A stretch of DNA of 64,000 nucleotides from Mycobacteriaceae bacterium (GTDB lineage: Bacteria > Actinomycetota > Actinomycetes > Mycobacteriales > Mycobacteriaceae): assembly GCA_044222225.1 (NCBI GenBank), contig JBGANR010000020.1:15768-79767 (forward strand). Direction: 5' to 3'. Both the position numbers and the translations under genes were made by a program. Numbering within the stretch: position 1 is the stretch's first letter; each line of letters begins with the position of its first letter. The notes beneath the pieces are model-generated. The model had not been told where the DNA came from, ran no database searches, and saw only the letters and a program-made list of their open reading frames with translations. Positions 55,080-64,000 of the stretch are shown piece after piece.

Positions 55080-55966
55080 GCGCGCCGGTCGAGCCCGGGG
55101 GATCGCCCGTGCGGCCCGCGCAGCTCCTCGCCCCGGCGGTGCGACGGCTCGCCGCCGCGGGCGTCGACGCCCCGGCGGTCGACGCCCGCGATCTGCTGGC
55201 GCACGTGCTCGGCGTCGGCAGGGGAGCGCTCGTGCTCGTCGACGACGTGCCGACCGAGTCCCGCACCCGGTTCGAGGAGCTGATCGGCGAGCGGGAGCGG
55301 CGCGTCCCGCTGCAGCATCTGCTCGGCACCGCGGCGTTCGGCCCGGTGACCCTTCAGGTCGGACCGGGGGTCTTCGTGCCGCGACCCGAGACCGAGGCGC
55401 TGCTCGAATGGGCGGTCGCGGCGGCGCGGACGTCCGGCGCCCGCACCGCGGTCGACCTCTGCTCGGGGTCCGGCGCACTCGCCATCGGGTTGGCGACCCT
55501 CGCCCCCGCCCTGTCAGTGACGGCCGTCGAGATCGATCCGGCCGCCGCGCGCTACCTCCTGCGCAACGTGGCCGCGCAGCCGGCGGACGTCCGGGCGCGG
55601 CTGCGGGTGGTCGTCGCCGACGCCTGCGGAGACCCGGCTGCGCTCGGCGGCCCGTACGACCTCGTCGTCTCCAATCCGCCGTATGTGCCGGCCGGCACCG
55701 ACGTCCCCCCGGAGGTGCATGCCGACCCGGCCCGCGCCGTCTTCGCGGGCGCCGACGGGATGAGCGTCATCCGGCCGTTGCTCGGAGGTATCCGCGTGAT
55801 CGCTCCCGGCGCTCCCGTCGGCGTCGAACACGACGACGCCACCGCGGCCGAGGTGGTCGCCGCCTGCCGGGCGATCGGCTTCTCCGACGTCACCGAGCGG
55901 CGTGATCTCGCCGGGCGGCCGCGGTTCGTCACGGCGCTCGTGCCGAATGGGATGATCGTGCCGTGA
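55076..55966 (+). CDS. prmC: release factor glutamine N5-methyltransferase (PrmC/HemK)
   Basis: NPPY motif (VVSNPPYVP) and SAM-binding motif [15 protein letters not shown] overlaps the prfA stop (GTGA). Confidence 0.85.
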
Positions 55967-56622
55967 GCGTTCTCTATGACTGCACGGATCCAGGATCGCG
56001 TTCGGCCGGTCTGACGGCCGCCGTCGGCGCCGTCAAGGCGGGCAGGCTCGTGGTGCTCCCCACCGACACGCTGTACGGAATCGGTTGCGACGCCTTCGAT
56101 TCCGAGGCCGTCGCCGCGCTCCTCGCGGCGAAGGGCCGCGGCCGGGACATGCCCGTGCCCGTGCTCGTCGGCTCCTGGTCGACGATCGACGGCCTGACGC
56201 TGTCGGTGTCGAAGACGGCGCGCGATCTCATCTCGGCGTTCTGGCCCGGCGGGTTGTCGCTCGTCGTCGAGCAGGCGCCGTCGCTGGCCTGGGACCTCGG
56301 TGACACCGCCGGCTCGGTGCTGCTCCGGATGCCGCTGCATCCCGTCGCGATCGAGCTCCTCACCGCGGTCGGTCCGATGGCGGTGTCGAGCGCGAACGTC
56401 TCCGGACGTCCACCGGCCGCCACCGTCGGCGACGCCCGCGCCCAGCTGGGGGAGTCCGTCTCCGTCTACCTCGACGGCGGCCCCGCGGACGCCGCCGTCG
56501 CGTCGACCATCGTCGACGTCACCGGCCCGGTGCCGCGCATCCTGCGGGAGGGCGCCGTGCCGACGGCCGACGTCGCCGAGGTGACGGGCGTCGATCCGGC
56601 CGATCTGCTCGGCGGGCCGTGA
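55963..56622 (+). CDS. L-threonylcarbamoyladenylate synthase-like protein (YrdC/Sua5 domain)
   Basis: YrdC-fold motifs (VVLPTDTLYGIGCDAF ... SANVSGRPPA). GTG overlaps the prmC stop. Confidence 0.8.
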   Translation: MSVLYDCTDPGSRSAGLTAAVGAVKAGRLVVLPTDTLYGIGCDAFDSEAVAALLAAKGRGRDMPVPVLVGSWSTIDGLTLSVSKTARDLISAFWPGGLSLVVEQAPSLAWDLGDTAGSVLLRMPLHPVAIELLTAVGPMAVSSANVSGRPPAATVGDARAQLGESVSVYLDGGPADAAVASTIVDVTGPVPRILREGAVPTADVAEVTGVDPADLLGGP

Positions 56623-57773
56623 CCGGCGCGTTCTCCGGCAGTGTCGGGGTCCCGCTCCGGGAGCTGGCCCTCGTCTTCCTGACGGCCGCCGTCGTCACGT
56701 TCTTCGCGACGGGCCCGGTCCGCGCCTTTGCGACGCGGTTCGGTGCGGTCGCCGTCCCACGCAGCCGCGACGTCCATTCGGTGCCGACGCCTCGGCTCGG
56801 CGGCGTCGCGATGTACGCGGGCATCCTCGCGGCGGTCGGCATCGCCTCGCAGATGCCGGCCCTGACGCGGGGTTTCGACTACACCGACACCCGTGAGCTG
56901 CCCGCGGTACTGCTCGCCGGGGGGGTCATCATGCTCGTCGGCGCCGTCGACGACCGGTGGGGGATCGACGCGCTGACCAAGTTCGTCGGCCAGGTGACCG
57001 CCGGCTGCGTCCTCGTCCTCATGGGGGTGAGCTGGTACGTCCTCTACGTGCCGGTGACGGGCATCGGCACGGTCGTGCTCGACCCGTTGCAGTCGGGCCT
57101 GCTCACGGTTCTCATCGTCGCGGCGACGGCCAATGCGATGAACTTCGTCGACGGTCTCGACGGCCTGCTCGCCGGCCTCGGCTTCATCGCGGCGGCGGCG
57201 ATCTGCGTCTTCTCCCTCGGTCTGCTCGCCGACCAGGGCGGTGACACGAGCTACTACCCGCCGGCACTCATCTCGGCCGCGCTCGCGGGTGCCTGCCTGG
57301 GTTTCCTGCCGCACAATTTCCAGCCGGCGCGCATCTTCATGGGCGACTCGGGTTCGATGCTCATCGGCCTCATGCTCGCTGCGGCGTCGACGAGCGCGTC
57401 GGGACGCGTCGCCGTCAACCTCTACGGTCCCGCCGACCTCTTCGCGCTGCTCTCGCCGCTCGTCCTGGTCATCGCCGTCATGTTCATCCCGTTCCTGGAC
57501 ATGACGCTGGCCGTCATCCGCCGCCGTCGCGCGGGCCGCAGCCCCTTCAGCCCCGACAAGATGCACCTGCACCACCGCCTGCTGGCGCTCGGCCACAGCC
57601 ACCGTCGGGTGGTGCTCATCGTCTATCTCTGGGTGGCGCTGCTGGCCTTCTCGGTCGCGCTCTCGACGATCGTCGGCCCGTGGCGGATCGCCCCGGTCTT
57701 CGTCGTCGGTGTCGTCGTGGCGACGCTCGTCACCGTGGTGCCCCGCATCCGCCGTCGCCGGCGCACCAGATGA
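56619..57773 (+). CDS. wecA: UDP-GlcNAc:undecaprenyl-phosphate GlcNAc-1-phosphate transferase (WecA/Rfe family)
   Basis: Polytopic membrane protein with the MraY/WecA motifs NAMNFVDGLDGL and FMGDSGS. GTG overlaps the upstream stop. Sits immediately before the ATP synthase operon, as in mycobacteria. Confidence 0.85.
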   Translation: MTGAFSGSVGVPLRELALVFLTAAVVTFFATGPVRAFATRFGAVAVPRSRDVHSVPTPRLGGVAMYAGILAAVGIASQMPALTRGFDYTDTRELPAVLLAGGVIMLVGAVDDRWGIDALTKFVGQVTAGCVLVLMGVSWYVLYVPVTGIGTVVLDPLQSGLLTVLIVAATANAMNFVDGLDGLLAGLGFIAAAAICVFSLGLLADQGGDTSYYPPALISAALAGACLGFLPHNFQPARIFMGDSGSMLIGLMLAAASTSASGRVAVNLYGPADLFALLSPLVLVIAVMFIPFLDMTLAVIRRRRAGRSPFSPDKMHLHHRLLALGHSHRRVVLIVYLWVALLAFSVALSTIVGPWRIAPVFVVGVVVATLVTVVPRIRRRRRTR

Positions 57774-57843
57774 TTCCGATTCCCGGGGCCGGTGACCCAG
57801 GCGCGTCGGCTCCGGCCATCCGGCGACTGGTTAGGCTCGTCGC

Positions 57844-58278
57844 GTGACGATCATCCCCAACGACCCGACCGACTCGAACGCCGCCCTCAAGATCGCCATC
57901 CGTTTCGGACTGCTCGGCCTCGCCGTACTCACCGTCGTCGGAATCGCCGGCTGGGGTCTCGCCGACGGCTCCCGGGGGAGCTGGGGAGCGATCATCGGCT
58001 CCGCCGTCGGCGGCGGCTTCATCCTCATCACCGTCGTGCTCGTACTCGTCACGTCCTCGATGTCGCCCACGGCGTCGATGTCGGTCATCCTCGGTGGCTG
58101 GTTCGTCAAGACGGTCGTGGCGATCGTCGTTCTCGCGGTGCTCAAGAACTACGACTTCTACAACAAGTGGGCGCTGGCGATCCAGGTGATCGCGGCCATC
58201 GTCATCGTCCTGGGCGCCGAGCTGTTCGGCCTGCTCCGCACCCGTGTGCCCTACGTCGACGATGCGCCGGGAGGGTGA
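57844..58278 (+). CDS. small hydrophobic protein preceding atpB (AtpI-like / ATP synthase protein I-like)
   Basis: 144 aa with 4 predicted TM helices, positioned directly upstream of atpB. Confidence 0.5.
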   Translation: MTIIPNDPTDSNAALKIAIRFGLLGLAVLTVVGIAGWGLADGSRGSWGAIIGSAVGGGFILITVVLVLVTSSMSPTASMSVILGGWFVKTVVAIVVLAVLKNYDFYNKWALAIQVIAAIVIVLGAELFGLLRTRVPYVDDAPGG

Positions 58279-58763
58279 TTCACCCGGCTCTCGTCCTTTG
58301 AGGAGGAGGGCGTTTCGGGCTTACCGAGCCCCTGACCAGCTACTACAGCCTGTCGTAGACGAGGCCGCTTGCCCGGATTTCCTCACGTCAGAGGCACTTG
58401 ATAGGCTAACCGCAGCCCGGACGCCGAGATCCGAACGCGACATCGCTCGTCGTGAAAGGATGGACGCGTCGCGGATGTGTTGACGGCGGACCCGACGGGG
58501 GCGTGTCGTCGACCGGCTCGACGATGTCGCCGACGCCGGCAGAGGCAAGTCCAGGGGTGGACGCGTCGCTGACGAGATCGAAGAACGACCTCGCCGAGAG
58601 CGGATGTACGTGTCCATGTTGTGTCGCACTTGTCGCGGCCTGAGCACTGGAGAGACTCCTGAGCGTCACAGATGTCGCGGCCGAGTTCCACGCGCCGAGT
58701 CTGGCCGACTTCTTCCCACCGGCGATCCTGTTCGAGGGCACCCCGTTTCAGCTGGACCGGATC

Positions 58764-59447
58764 ATGCTCATCCGGCTCATCATCACCGCGCTGATCGTCG
58801 CCCTGTTCGTCGTCGCGTTCCGGCGCCCCCAGTTGATCCCGCGCGGCGTCCAGAACGTGGGGGAGAGCGCGATCGACTTCGTCCGCGTGAACATCGCGGA
58901 GGAGATCCTCGGTAAGCGGGACGGCCGCAAGTACCTGCCGTTGCTGGCGGCGATCTTCTTCGCCACCCTCTTCCTCAATCTGACGTCGATCATCCCGGTG
59001 CTGAACATCAGCTCGAACGCGCGGATCGGCATGCCGCTCGTCATGGCGATCGTCGTCTACCTGACGTTCGTCGGCGCCGGCGTCGCGAAGTTCGGCTTCT
59101 TCCGGTTCATCCGGCTGTCGATCGTGCTGCCCAACGTCCCGCTCCCGGTGCATTTCCTGCTCGTGCCGATCGAGCTCGTGTCGACGTTCATCCTGCGGCC
59201 GTTCACGCTGACCGTCCGTCTCATGGCCAACATGCTCTCGGGCCACATCATGCTCGTGCTGTTCTTCGCGGCGACGCACTACTTCTTCACCAACTTCGAC
59301 GCGATGACGGTCTTCGGTGTCCCCGCACTGCTCATGGGTGTCGTGTTCAGCTTCTTCGAGCTCATGGTCATCGTCCTGCAGGCGTACATCTTCGCCCTGC
59401 TCGCCGCCGTCTACATCGAACTCTCGCTGCACGCCGACTCGCACTGA
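58764..59447 (+). CDS. atpB: ATP synthase F0 subunit a
   Basis: Polytopic protein with the conserved Arg motif (LTVRLMANMLSGHIMLVLF). The coordinates use the first canonical ATG, but the conserved N-terminal motif EFHAPSLADFFPP is encoded in frame just upstream of it; see findings. Confidence 0.85.
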   Translation: MLIRLIITALIVALFVVAFRRPQLIPRGVQNVGESAIDFVRVNIAEEILGKRDGRKYLPLLAAIFFATLFLNLTSIIPVLNISSNARIGMPLVMAIVVYLTFVGAGVAKFGFFRFIRLSIVLPNVPLPVHFLLVPIELVSTFILRPFTLTVRLMANMLSGHIMLVLFFAATHYFFTNFDAMTVFGVPALLMGVVFSFFELMVIVLQAYIFALLAAVYIELSLHADSH

Positions 59448-59840
<393 letters not shown>

Positions 59841-59849
59841 GAGACGCGC

Positions 59850-60392
59850 ATGTCTGCCACGACCCAGTTGGCGGCCGAGTCGCAGAACCCACTCGTCCCG
59901 CAGCTGTACGACATCATCTGGTCGACGGTGGCGTTCCTTGTCATCCTGTTCGTCTTCTGGAAGTTCGTCATCCCGAGGTACAACAAGATCCTCGACGAGC
60001 GCACCGAGAAGATCGAAGGCGGCATCGAGCGCGCCGAGGCCGTTCAGGCCGAGGCGGAGGAGACCCGCGCGAAGTACCGCGCACAGCTCTCCGAGGCTCG
60101 CACCGAGGCCGGCCAGATCCGCGAAGCGGCCCGTGCCCAGGGCCAGCAGATCATCCGGGACATGAAGTCCCAGGCGCAGGAGGAGAGCGATCGCATCGTC
60201 TCCGCCGGCAACAGCCAGCTGCACGCCCAGCGTCAGCAGCTCGTCGCCGAGCTCCAGGGTGACGTCCGCCGCAACTCCGTCGTGCTGGCCGAGAAGATCG
60301 TCGGGCGTTCGCTCGCCGGTGACGTCGCCAAGGCCGGCTCGATCGACCAGTTCCTCTCCGAGCTCGACGGCCCGGTCCAGTCTGGAAAGTGA
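59850..60392 (+). CDS. atpF: ATP synthase F0 subunit b
   Basis: 180 aa; a single N-terminal TM helix followed by a long charged coiled coil. Confidence 0.85.
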   Translation: MSATTQLAAESQNPLVPQLYDIIWSTVAFLVILFVFWKFVIPRYNKILDERTEKIEGGIERAEAVQAEAEETRAKYRAQLSEARTEAGQIREAARAQGQQIIRDMKSQAQEESDRIVSAGNSQLHAQRQQLVAELQGDVRRNSVVLAEKIVGRSLAGDVAKAGSIDQFLSELDGPVQSGK

Positions 60393-61213
60393 GATCCATG
60401 TACGCATCCAGTCGCGAGGCCTTCGGCCGCGCGCAGGAGGTGCTGACGGCCGAGCTGGCCGCGGCGCCGGCAGCGGCGGAGACCGTCGGTCGCGCCCTGC
60501 TCGACGTCGTCGGCCTGCTCGGTGAGAACCGCGCCCTGCGCACGGCGTTGACAGACCGTTCGGCCGAGCCGGCCGAACGTCGCGGGCTCGCGCAGCGACT
60601 CTTCGGCGGCAAGATCGACGACGCCGCGGTGACAGTGCTCACCACGACCGTCGAGCAGGACTGGTCGCGTCCCGAGGACCTCGTCGACGGACTCGAGCGG
60701 CTGGGTCGTTCGGCCCTGCTGCGGTCGGCCGCGAACGCCGGTGAGCTCGAGACGGTGGAGGACGAGCTGTTCCGGCTCGGCCGCGTCCTCGCGGCGAACC
60801 CGGTGCTCGAACAGGCGGCCGGAACCCGCTCGCGTTCGGCCGAGGATCGCGCCGGCCTGATCGCCGGGCTGCTCGCGGGCAAGGCGCATCCGGTGACGAT
60901 CGCGCTCGCCACGCAGGCCGTTCGCGGTGACGGTCGTCGTGCGGCGGCCGCCGATGCGATCGACGGGCTCGCCGATCTGGCGGCCGCTCAGCGGGATCAG
61001 GCGGTGGCCCATGTGCAGACGCCGACCGATCTGTCCGACGCCCAGCGCGACGACCTCGTGCGACGGCTGTCGGAACTCTACGACCGGCCGGTCACGCTCC
61101 ACGTCGAGGTGGATCGGGCCGTCGTCGGCGGCCTGGCGATCCGCGTCGGCGGAGAGGTGATCGACGGCAGTATCGCGGGCCAGTTCGCCACGCTCAAGCG
61201 AGCCGCGCACTGA
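60389..61213 (+). CDS. atpH: ATP synthase F1 subunit delta
   Basis: OSCP/delta-like sequence. An ATG at 60398 with a GGAAAGTGAG RBS is more likely than the GTG at 60389. Encoded separately from subunit b here. Confidence 0.8.
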   Translation: MRSMYASSREAFGRAQEVLTAELAAAPAAAETVGRALLDVVGLLGENRALRTALTDRSAEPAERRGLAQRLFGGKIDDAAVTVLTTTVEQDWSRPEDLVDGLERLGRSALLRSAANAGELETVEDELFRLGRVLAANPVLEQAAGTRSRSAEDRAGLIAGLLAGKAHPVTIALATQAVRGDGRRAAAADAIDGLADLAAAQRDQAVAHVQTPTDLSDAQRDDLVRRLSELYDRPVTLHVEVDRAVVGGLAIRVGGEVIDGSIAGQFATLKRAAH

Positions 61214-61302
61214 TGTCGCGGGCCGTCATCGACGCATAACCACTCCCGAGACCCCATGCGAGCCGGACGTCGGCTCCCACGAAGAAAGAAGAGCAGGCAA
61301 TC

Positions 61303-62949
61303 ATGGCCGAGTTGACGATCTCCGCGGAAGAGATTCGCAGCGCACTGGACTCCTACACGTCCAGCTACACTCCCGAAGCCTCCCGCGAGGAGGTCGGCAC
61401 CGTCGTCGATACCAGTGATGGCATCGCCCACGTCAGCGGCCTGCCGTCGTGCATGACCAACGAGCTCCTCGAGTTCCCGGGCGGCGTGCTGGGCGTCGCC
61501 CTGAACCTCGACGAGGACGAGATCGGCGCGGTCATCCTCGGCGACTACGAGAAGCTCGCCGAGGGCCAGCAGGTCACGCGGACCGGCGACGTCCTCTCGG
61601 TGCCCGTCGGCGACGGCTTCCTCGGCCGTGTCGTCAACCCGCTCGGCAAGCCGATCGACGGCCTCGGTGACGTCGTCTCGAACGAGACCCGCGTCCTCGA
61701 GCTCCAGGCCGCCTCCGTGCTGGAGCGGCAGCCGGTCGAGGAGTCCCTCGCCACCGGCATCACGGCCATCGACGCGATGACGGCGATCGGCCGCGGCCAG
61801 CGTCAGCTCGTCATCGGCGACCGCAAGACGGGCAAGACCGCCGTCTGCGTCGACGCGATCCTCAACCAGAAGGCGAACTGGGAGAGCGGCGACCCGAAGA
61901 AGCAGGTGCTCTGCATCTACGTCGCCATCGGCCAGAAGGGTTCGACGATCGCGGGCATCAAGACCGCGCTCGAGGACGCCGGTGCCATGGCGTACACGAC
62001 GATCGTCGCGGCCCCCGCGTCCGACTCGGCCGGTTTCAAGTGGCTGGCCCCGTACACCGGCTCGGCCATCGGCCAGCACTGGATGTACCAGGGCAAGCAC
62101 GTCCTCATCGTGTTCGACGACCTCACCAAGCAGGCCGAGGCCTACCGCGCCATCTCGCTGCTGCTGCGTCGCCCGCCGGGCCGTGAGGCGTACCCGGGTG
62201 ACGTCTTCTACCTGCACTCGCGGCTGCTGGAGCGTTGCGCGAAGCTCTCCGACGAGCTCGGCGGCGGCTCGATGACCGGACTGCCGATCATCGAGACCAA
62301 GGCCAACGACGTCTCGGCGTTCATCCCGACCAACGTCATCTCCATCACCGACGGCCAGGTCTTCCTGGAGTCGGACCTGTTCAACAACGGCGTCCGGCCG
62401 GCCATCAACGTCGGCATCTCGGTCTCCCGCGTCGGCGGCGCCGCGCAGACGAAGGGCCTCAAGAAGGTCTCCGGTTCGCTGCGTCTGGAACTGGCCCAGT
62501 TCCGCGAGCTCGAGGCGTTCTCGGCGTTCGCCTCCGATCTCGACGACGTCTCCAAGCGGCAGCTGGCGCGTGGCGCCCGCTGGGTCGAGCTGCTCAAGCA
62601 GGACCAGTACACGCCGATGGCCGTCGAGGACCAGATCGTCTCGATCTACCTCTGCGGCACGGGCAACTTCGACGACGTCCCGGTGAGCGACGTCCGGCGC
62701 TTCAAGACCGAGCTGCTCGAGGAGCTGCACCGCACGGCCGCCGACGTCTACGAGTACATCGCGGGTGGCGCCAAGGCGCTGAACGAGGAGAACACGGACA
62801 AGCTCGTCAAGGCGACCGACCAGTTCAAGCTCTCCTACGTGGCGAGCGACGGCAGCCGCATCATCAACGAGGCCGACGTCGAGCCGCTGGACGCCTCGGA
62901 GGTCCACCACGAGAAGATCACCGTCAAGAAGAAGTCGGCGGGCAAGTGA
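61303..62949 (+). CDS. atpA: ATP synthase F1 subunit alpha
   Basis: 548 aa; Walker A GDRKTGKT and diagnostic alpha-subunit motifs. Confidence 0.95.
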   Translation: MAELTISAEEIRSALDSYTSSYTPEASREEVGTVVDTSDGIAHVSGLPSCMTNELLEFPGGVLGVALNLDEDEIGAVILGDYEKLAEGQQVTRTGDVLSVPVGDGFLGRVVNPLGKPIDGLGDVVSNETRVLELQAASVLERQPVEESLATGITAIDAMTAIGRGQRQLVIGDRKTGKTAVCVDAILNQKANWESGDPKKQVLCIYVAIGQKGSTIAGIKTALEDAGAMAYTTIVAAPASDSAGFKWLAPYTGSAIGQHWMYQGKHVLIVFDDLTKQAEAYRAISLLLRRPPGREAYPGDVFYLHSRLLERCAKLSDELGGGSMTGLPIIETKANDVSAFIPTNVISITDGQVFLESDLFNNGVRPAINVGISVSRVGGAAQTKGLKKVSGSLRLELAQFRELEAFSAFASDLDDVSKRQLARGARWVELLKQDQYTPMAVEDQIVSIYLCGTGNFDDVPVSDVRRFKTELLEELHRTAADVYEYIAGGAKALNEENTDKLVKATDQFKLSYVASDGSRIINEADVEPLDASEVHHEKITVKKKSAGK

Positions 62950-62996
62950 GTCGGCCCGACCAGACCATCGACGCGAAGGGACGGTGACGCGCAAGC

Positions 62997-63950
62997 ATGG
63001 CAAGCATTCGTGAGCTGCGATCGCGCATCAAGTCGGTGCAGTCGACCAAGAAGATCACCAAGGCGCAGGAGATGATCGCCACGTCGCGGATCGCCAAGGC
63101 GCAGACCCGCGTCGAGGCGGCCAAGCCGTACGCCCAGGAGATCACCCGCGTCGTCGCCGGCCTCGGCAGCGTGACCCCGAAGCTCGACCATCCGCTCCTC
63201 ACGGAGCGCGACGACCCCGAGCGCGCCGGGATCCTGCTCATCACGAGCGACCGCGGCCAGTGCGGCGGCTACAACGCGAACGTGCTGCGTGAGGCCGAAG
63301 AGCTGATCGCGCTGCTGCGTTCGGAGGGCAAGACGCCGGTCGTCTTCGTCATGGGACGCAAGGGCCTCGGCTACTACACGTTCCGCGGCCGCGAGGTGGC
63401 GGCGGCGTGGACCGGATTCTCCGAGTCGCCGACCTTCGAGCACGCAGGTCCGGCGACGAAGCACCTGGTGGATCTGTTCGTGGCCGGCTCCGGCTCGTCG
63501 ATCCCGGCGTTCAACGGGGACGGCGACATCGAGGGTGTCGACGAGTTGCACATCGTGTACACCCGGTTCGTCTCGATGCTGAGCCAGACGCCCGAGGTAC
63601 GGCGGATGGCGCCCGTCGAGGTCGAGGTGGAGCTCGAGGAACTCGACAACTCCGAGGGGATCGTCGGCGGCGGCGACCAGGAGGTCGTGCCCGGGTTCGA
63701 GTTCGAGCCCGAGGCCGAGCGGCTGCTCGGCGCGCTGCTGCCGAAGTACGTCGGCACCCGCATCTTCGCCGCGCTGCTGGAGGCGGCGGCGTCCGAGAAC
63801 GCCGCGCGCCGCACCGCCATGAAGAACGCGACCGACAACGCGACCGAGCTGGAGCGAGTGCTGTCCCGTGAGGCCAATCAGCTCCGGCAGGCGCAGATCA
63901 CCCAGGAAATCAGCGAGATCGTCGGCGGCGTGGCCGCCCTGTCGGGCTAG
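62997..63950 (+). CDS. atpG: ATP synthase F1 subunit gamma
   Basis: 317 aa; N- and C-terminal coiled-coil helices ([28 protein letters not shown] ... [14 protein letters not shown]). Confidence 0.9.
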   Translation: MASIRELRSRIKSVQSTKKITKAQEMIATSRIAKAQTRVEAAKPYAQEITRVVAGLGSVTPKLDHPLLTERDDPERAGILLITSDRGQCGGYNANVLREAEELIALLRSEGKTPVVFVMGRKGLGYYTFRGREVAAAWTGFSESPTFEHAGPATKHLVDLFVAGSGSSIPAFNGDGDIEGVDELHIVYTRFVSMLSQTPEVRRMAPVEVEVELEELDNSEGIVGGGDQEVVPGFEFEPEAERLLGALLPKYVGTRIFAALLEAAASENAARRTAMKNATDNATELERVLSREANQLRQAQITQEISEIVGGVAALSG

Positions 63951-63984
63951 CACCCGCACCGAATGAGGAAGTGACAGAAACCAC

Positions 63985-64000
63985 ATGACTGCTGTAAGCA
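63985..64000 (+). CDS. atpD: 5' end of ATP synthase F1 subunit beta (continues beyond the window)
   Basis: ATG at 63985 (MTAVS...) preceded by GAGGAAG. Follows atpG in the expected operon position. Confidence 0.5.

Overview
High-GC (about 70%) actinobacterial chromosome segment with mycobacterial-type (Corynebacteriales) gene order. It is almost entirely conserved housekeeping DNA and contains no CRISPR array, IS element or prophage. Order of the core genes: a nucleotidyl-transferase 3' end and an O-methyltransferase; sigE-rseA-htrA-tatB; mrp; an SLT-domain protein; a DUF1003 protein; a cytosolic MgtE-N/CBS protein; corA; a lipoprotein; an SDR and an EthA-like monooxygenase with a divergent TetR; kgd (2-oxoglutarate decarboxylase, 1290 aa); an operon of Xi-class GST, a hypothetical protein and a fused full-length ABC exporter; an SbcD/SbcC-like nuclease-ATPase pair; map; a band-7 protein; a tandem-HTH MerR with a divergent MFS transporter; tRNA-Arg(CCG); a DUF3105-DUF305 pair; argS-lysA-hom-thrC-thrB (translationally coupled); rho; rpmE-prfA-prmC-tsaC-like-wecA; and the ATP synthase operon atpI-like/B/E/F/H/A/G/(D). 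The most unusual region is 45.8-53.3 kb, between rho and rpmE. This junction is intergenic in the M. tuberculosis gene order as I recall it. Here it holds five co-oriented genes: three paralogous PknF/I/J-like Ser/Thr kinases, each fused to a C-terminal four-cysteine extracellular domain, and two lipoproteins that are free-standing copies of that same domain. A 23-nt motif built around a perfect palindrome (GTAGTCGACTAC) recurs about 60-90 nt upstream of two of these genes. Other notable points: a TetR/EthA-like divergon with paired TTGAC-N5-GTCAA operators; a ParB/Srx-like (DGHHR) gene translationally coupled to a metallophosphoesterase; an atpB whose conserved N-terminal motif is encoded upstream of the first canonical start codon; and several strong intrinsic-terminator hairpins. 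Many long ORFs in the six-frame track are GC-driven shadow or read-through ORFs and were rejected.
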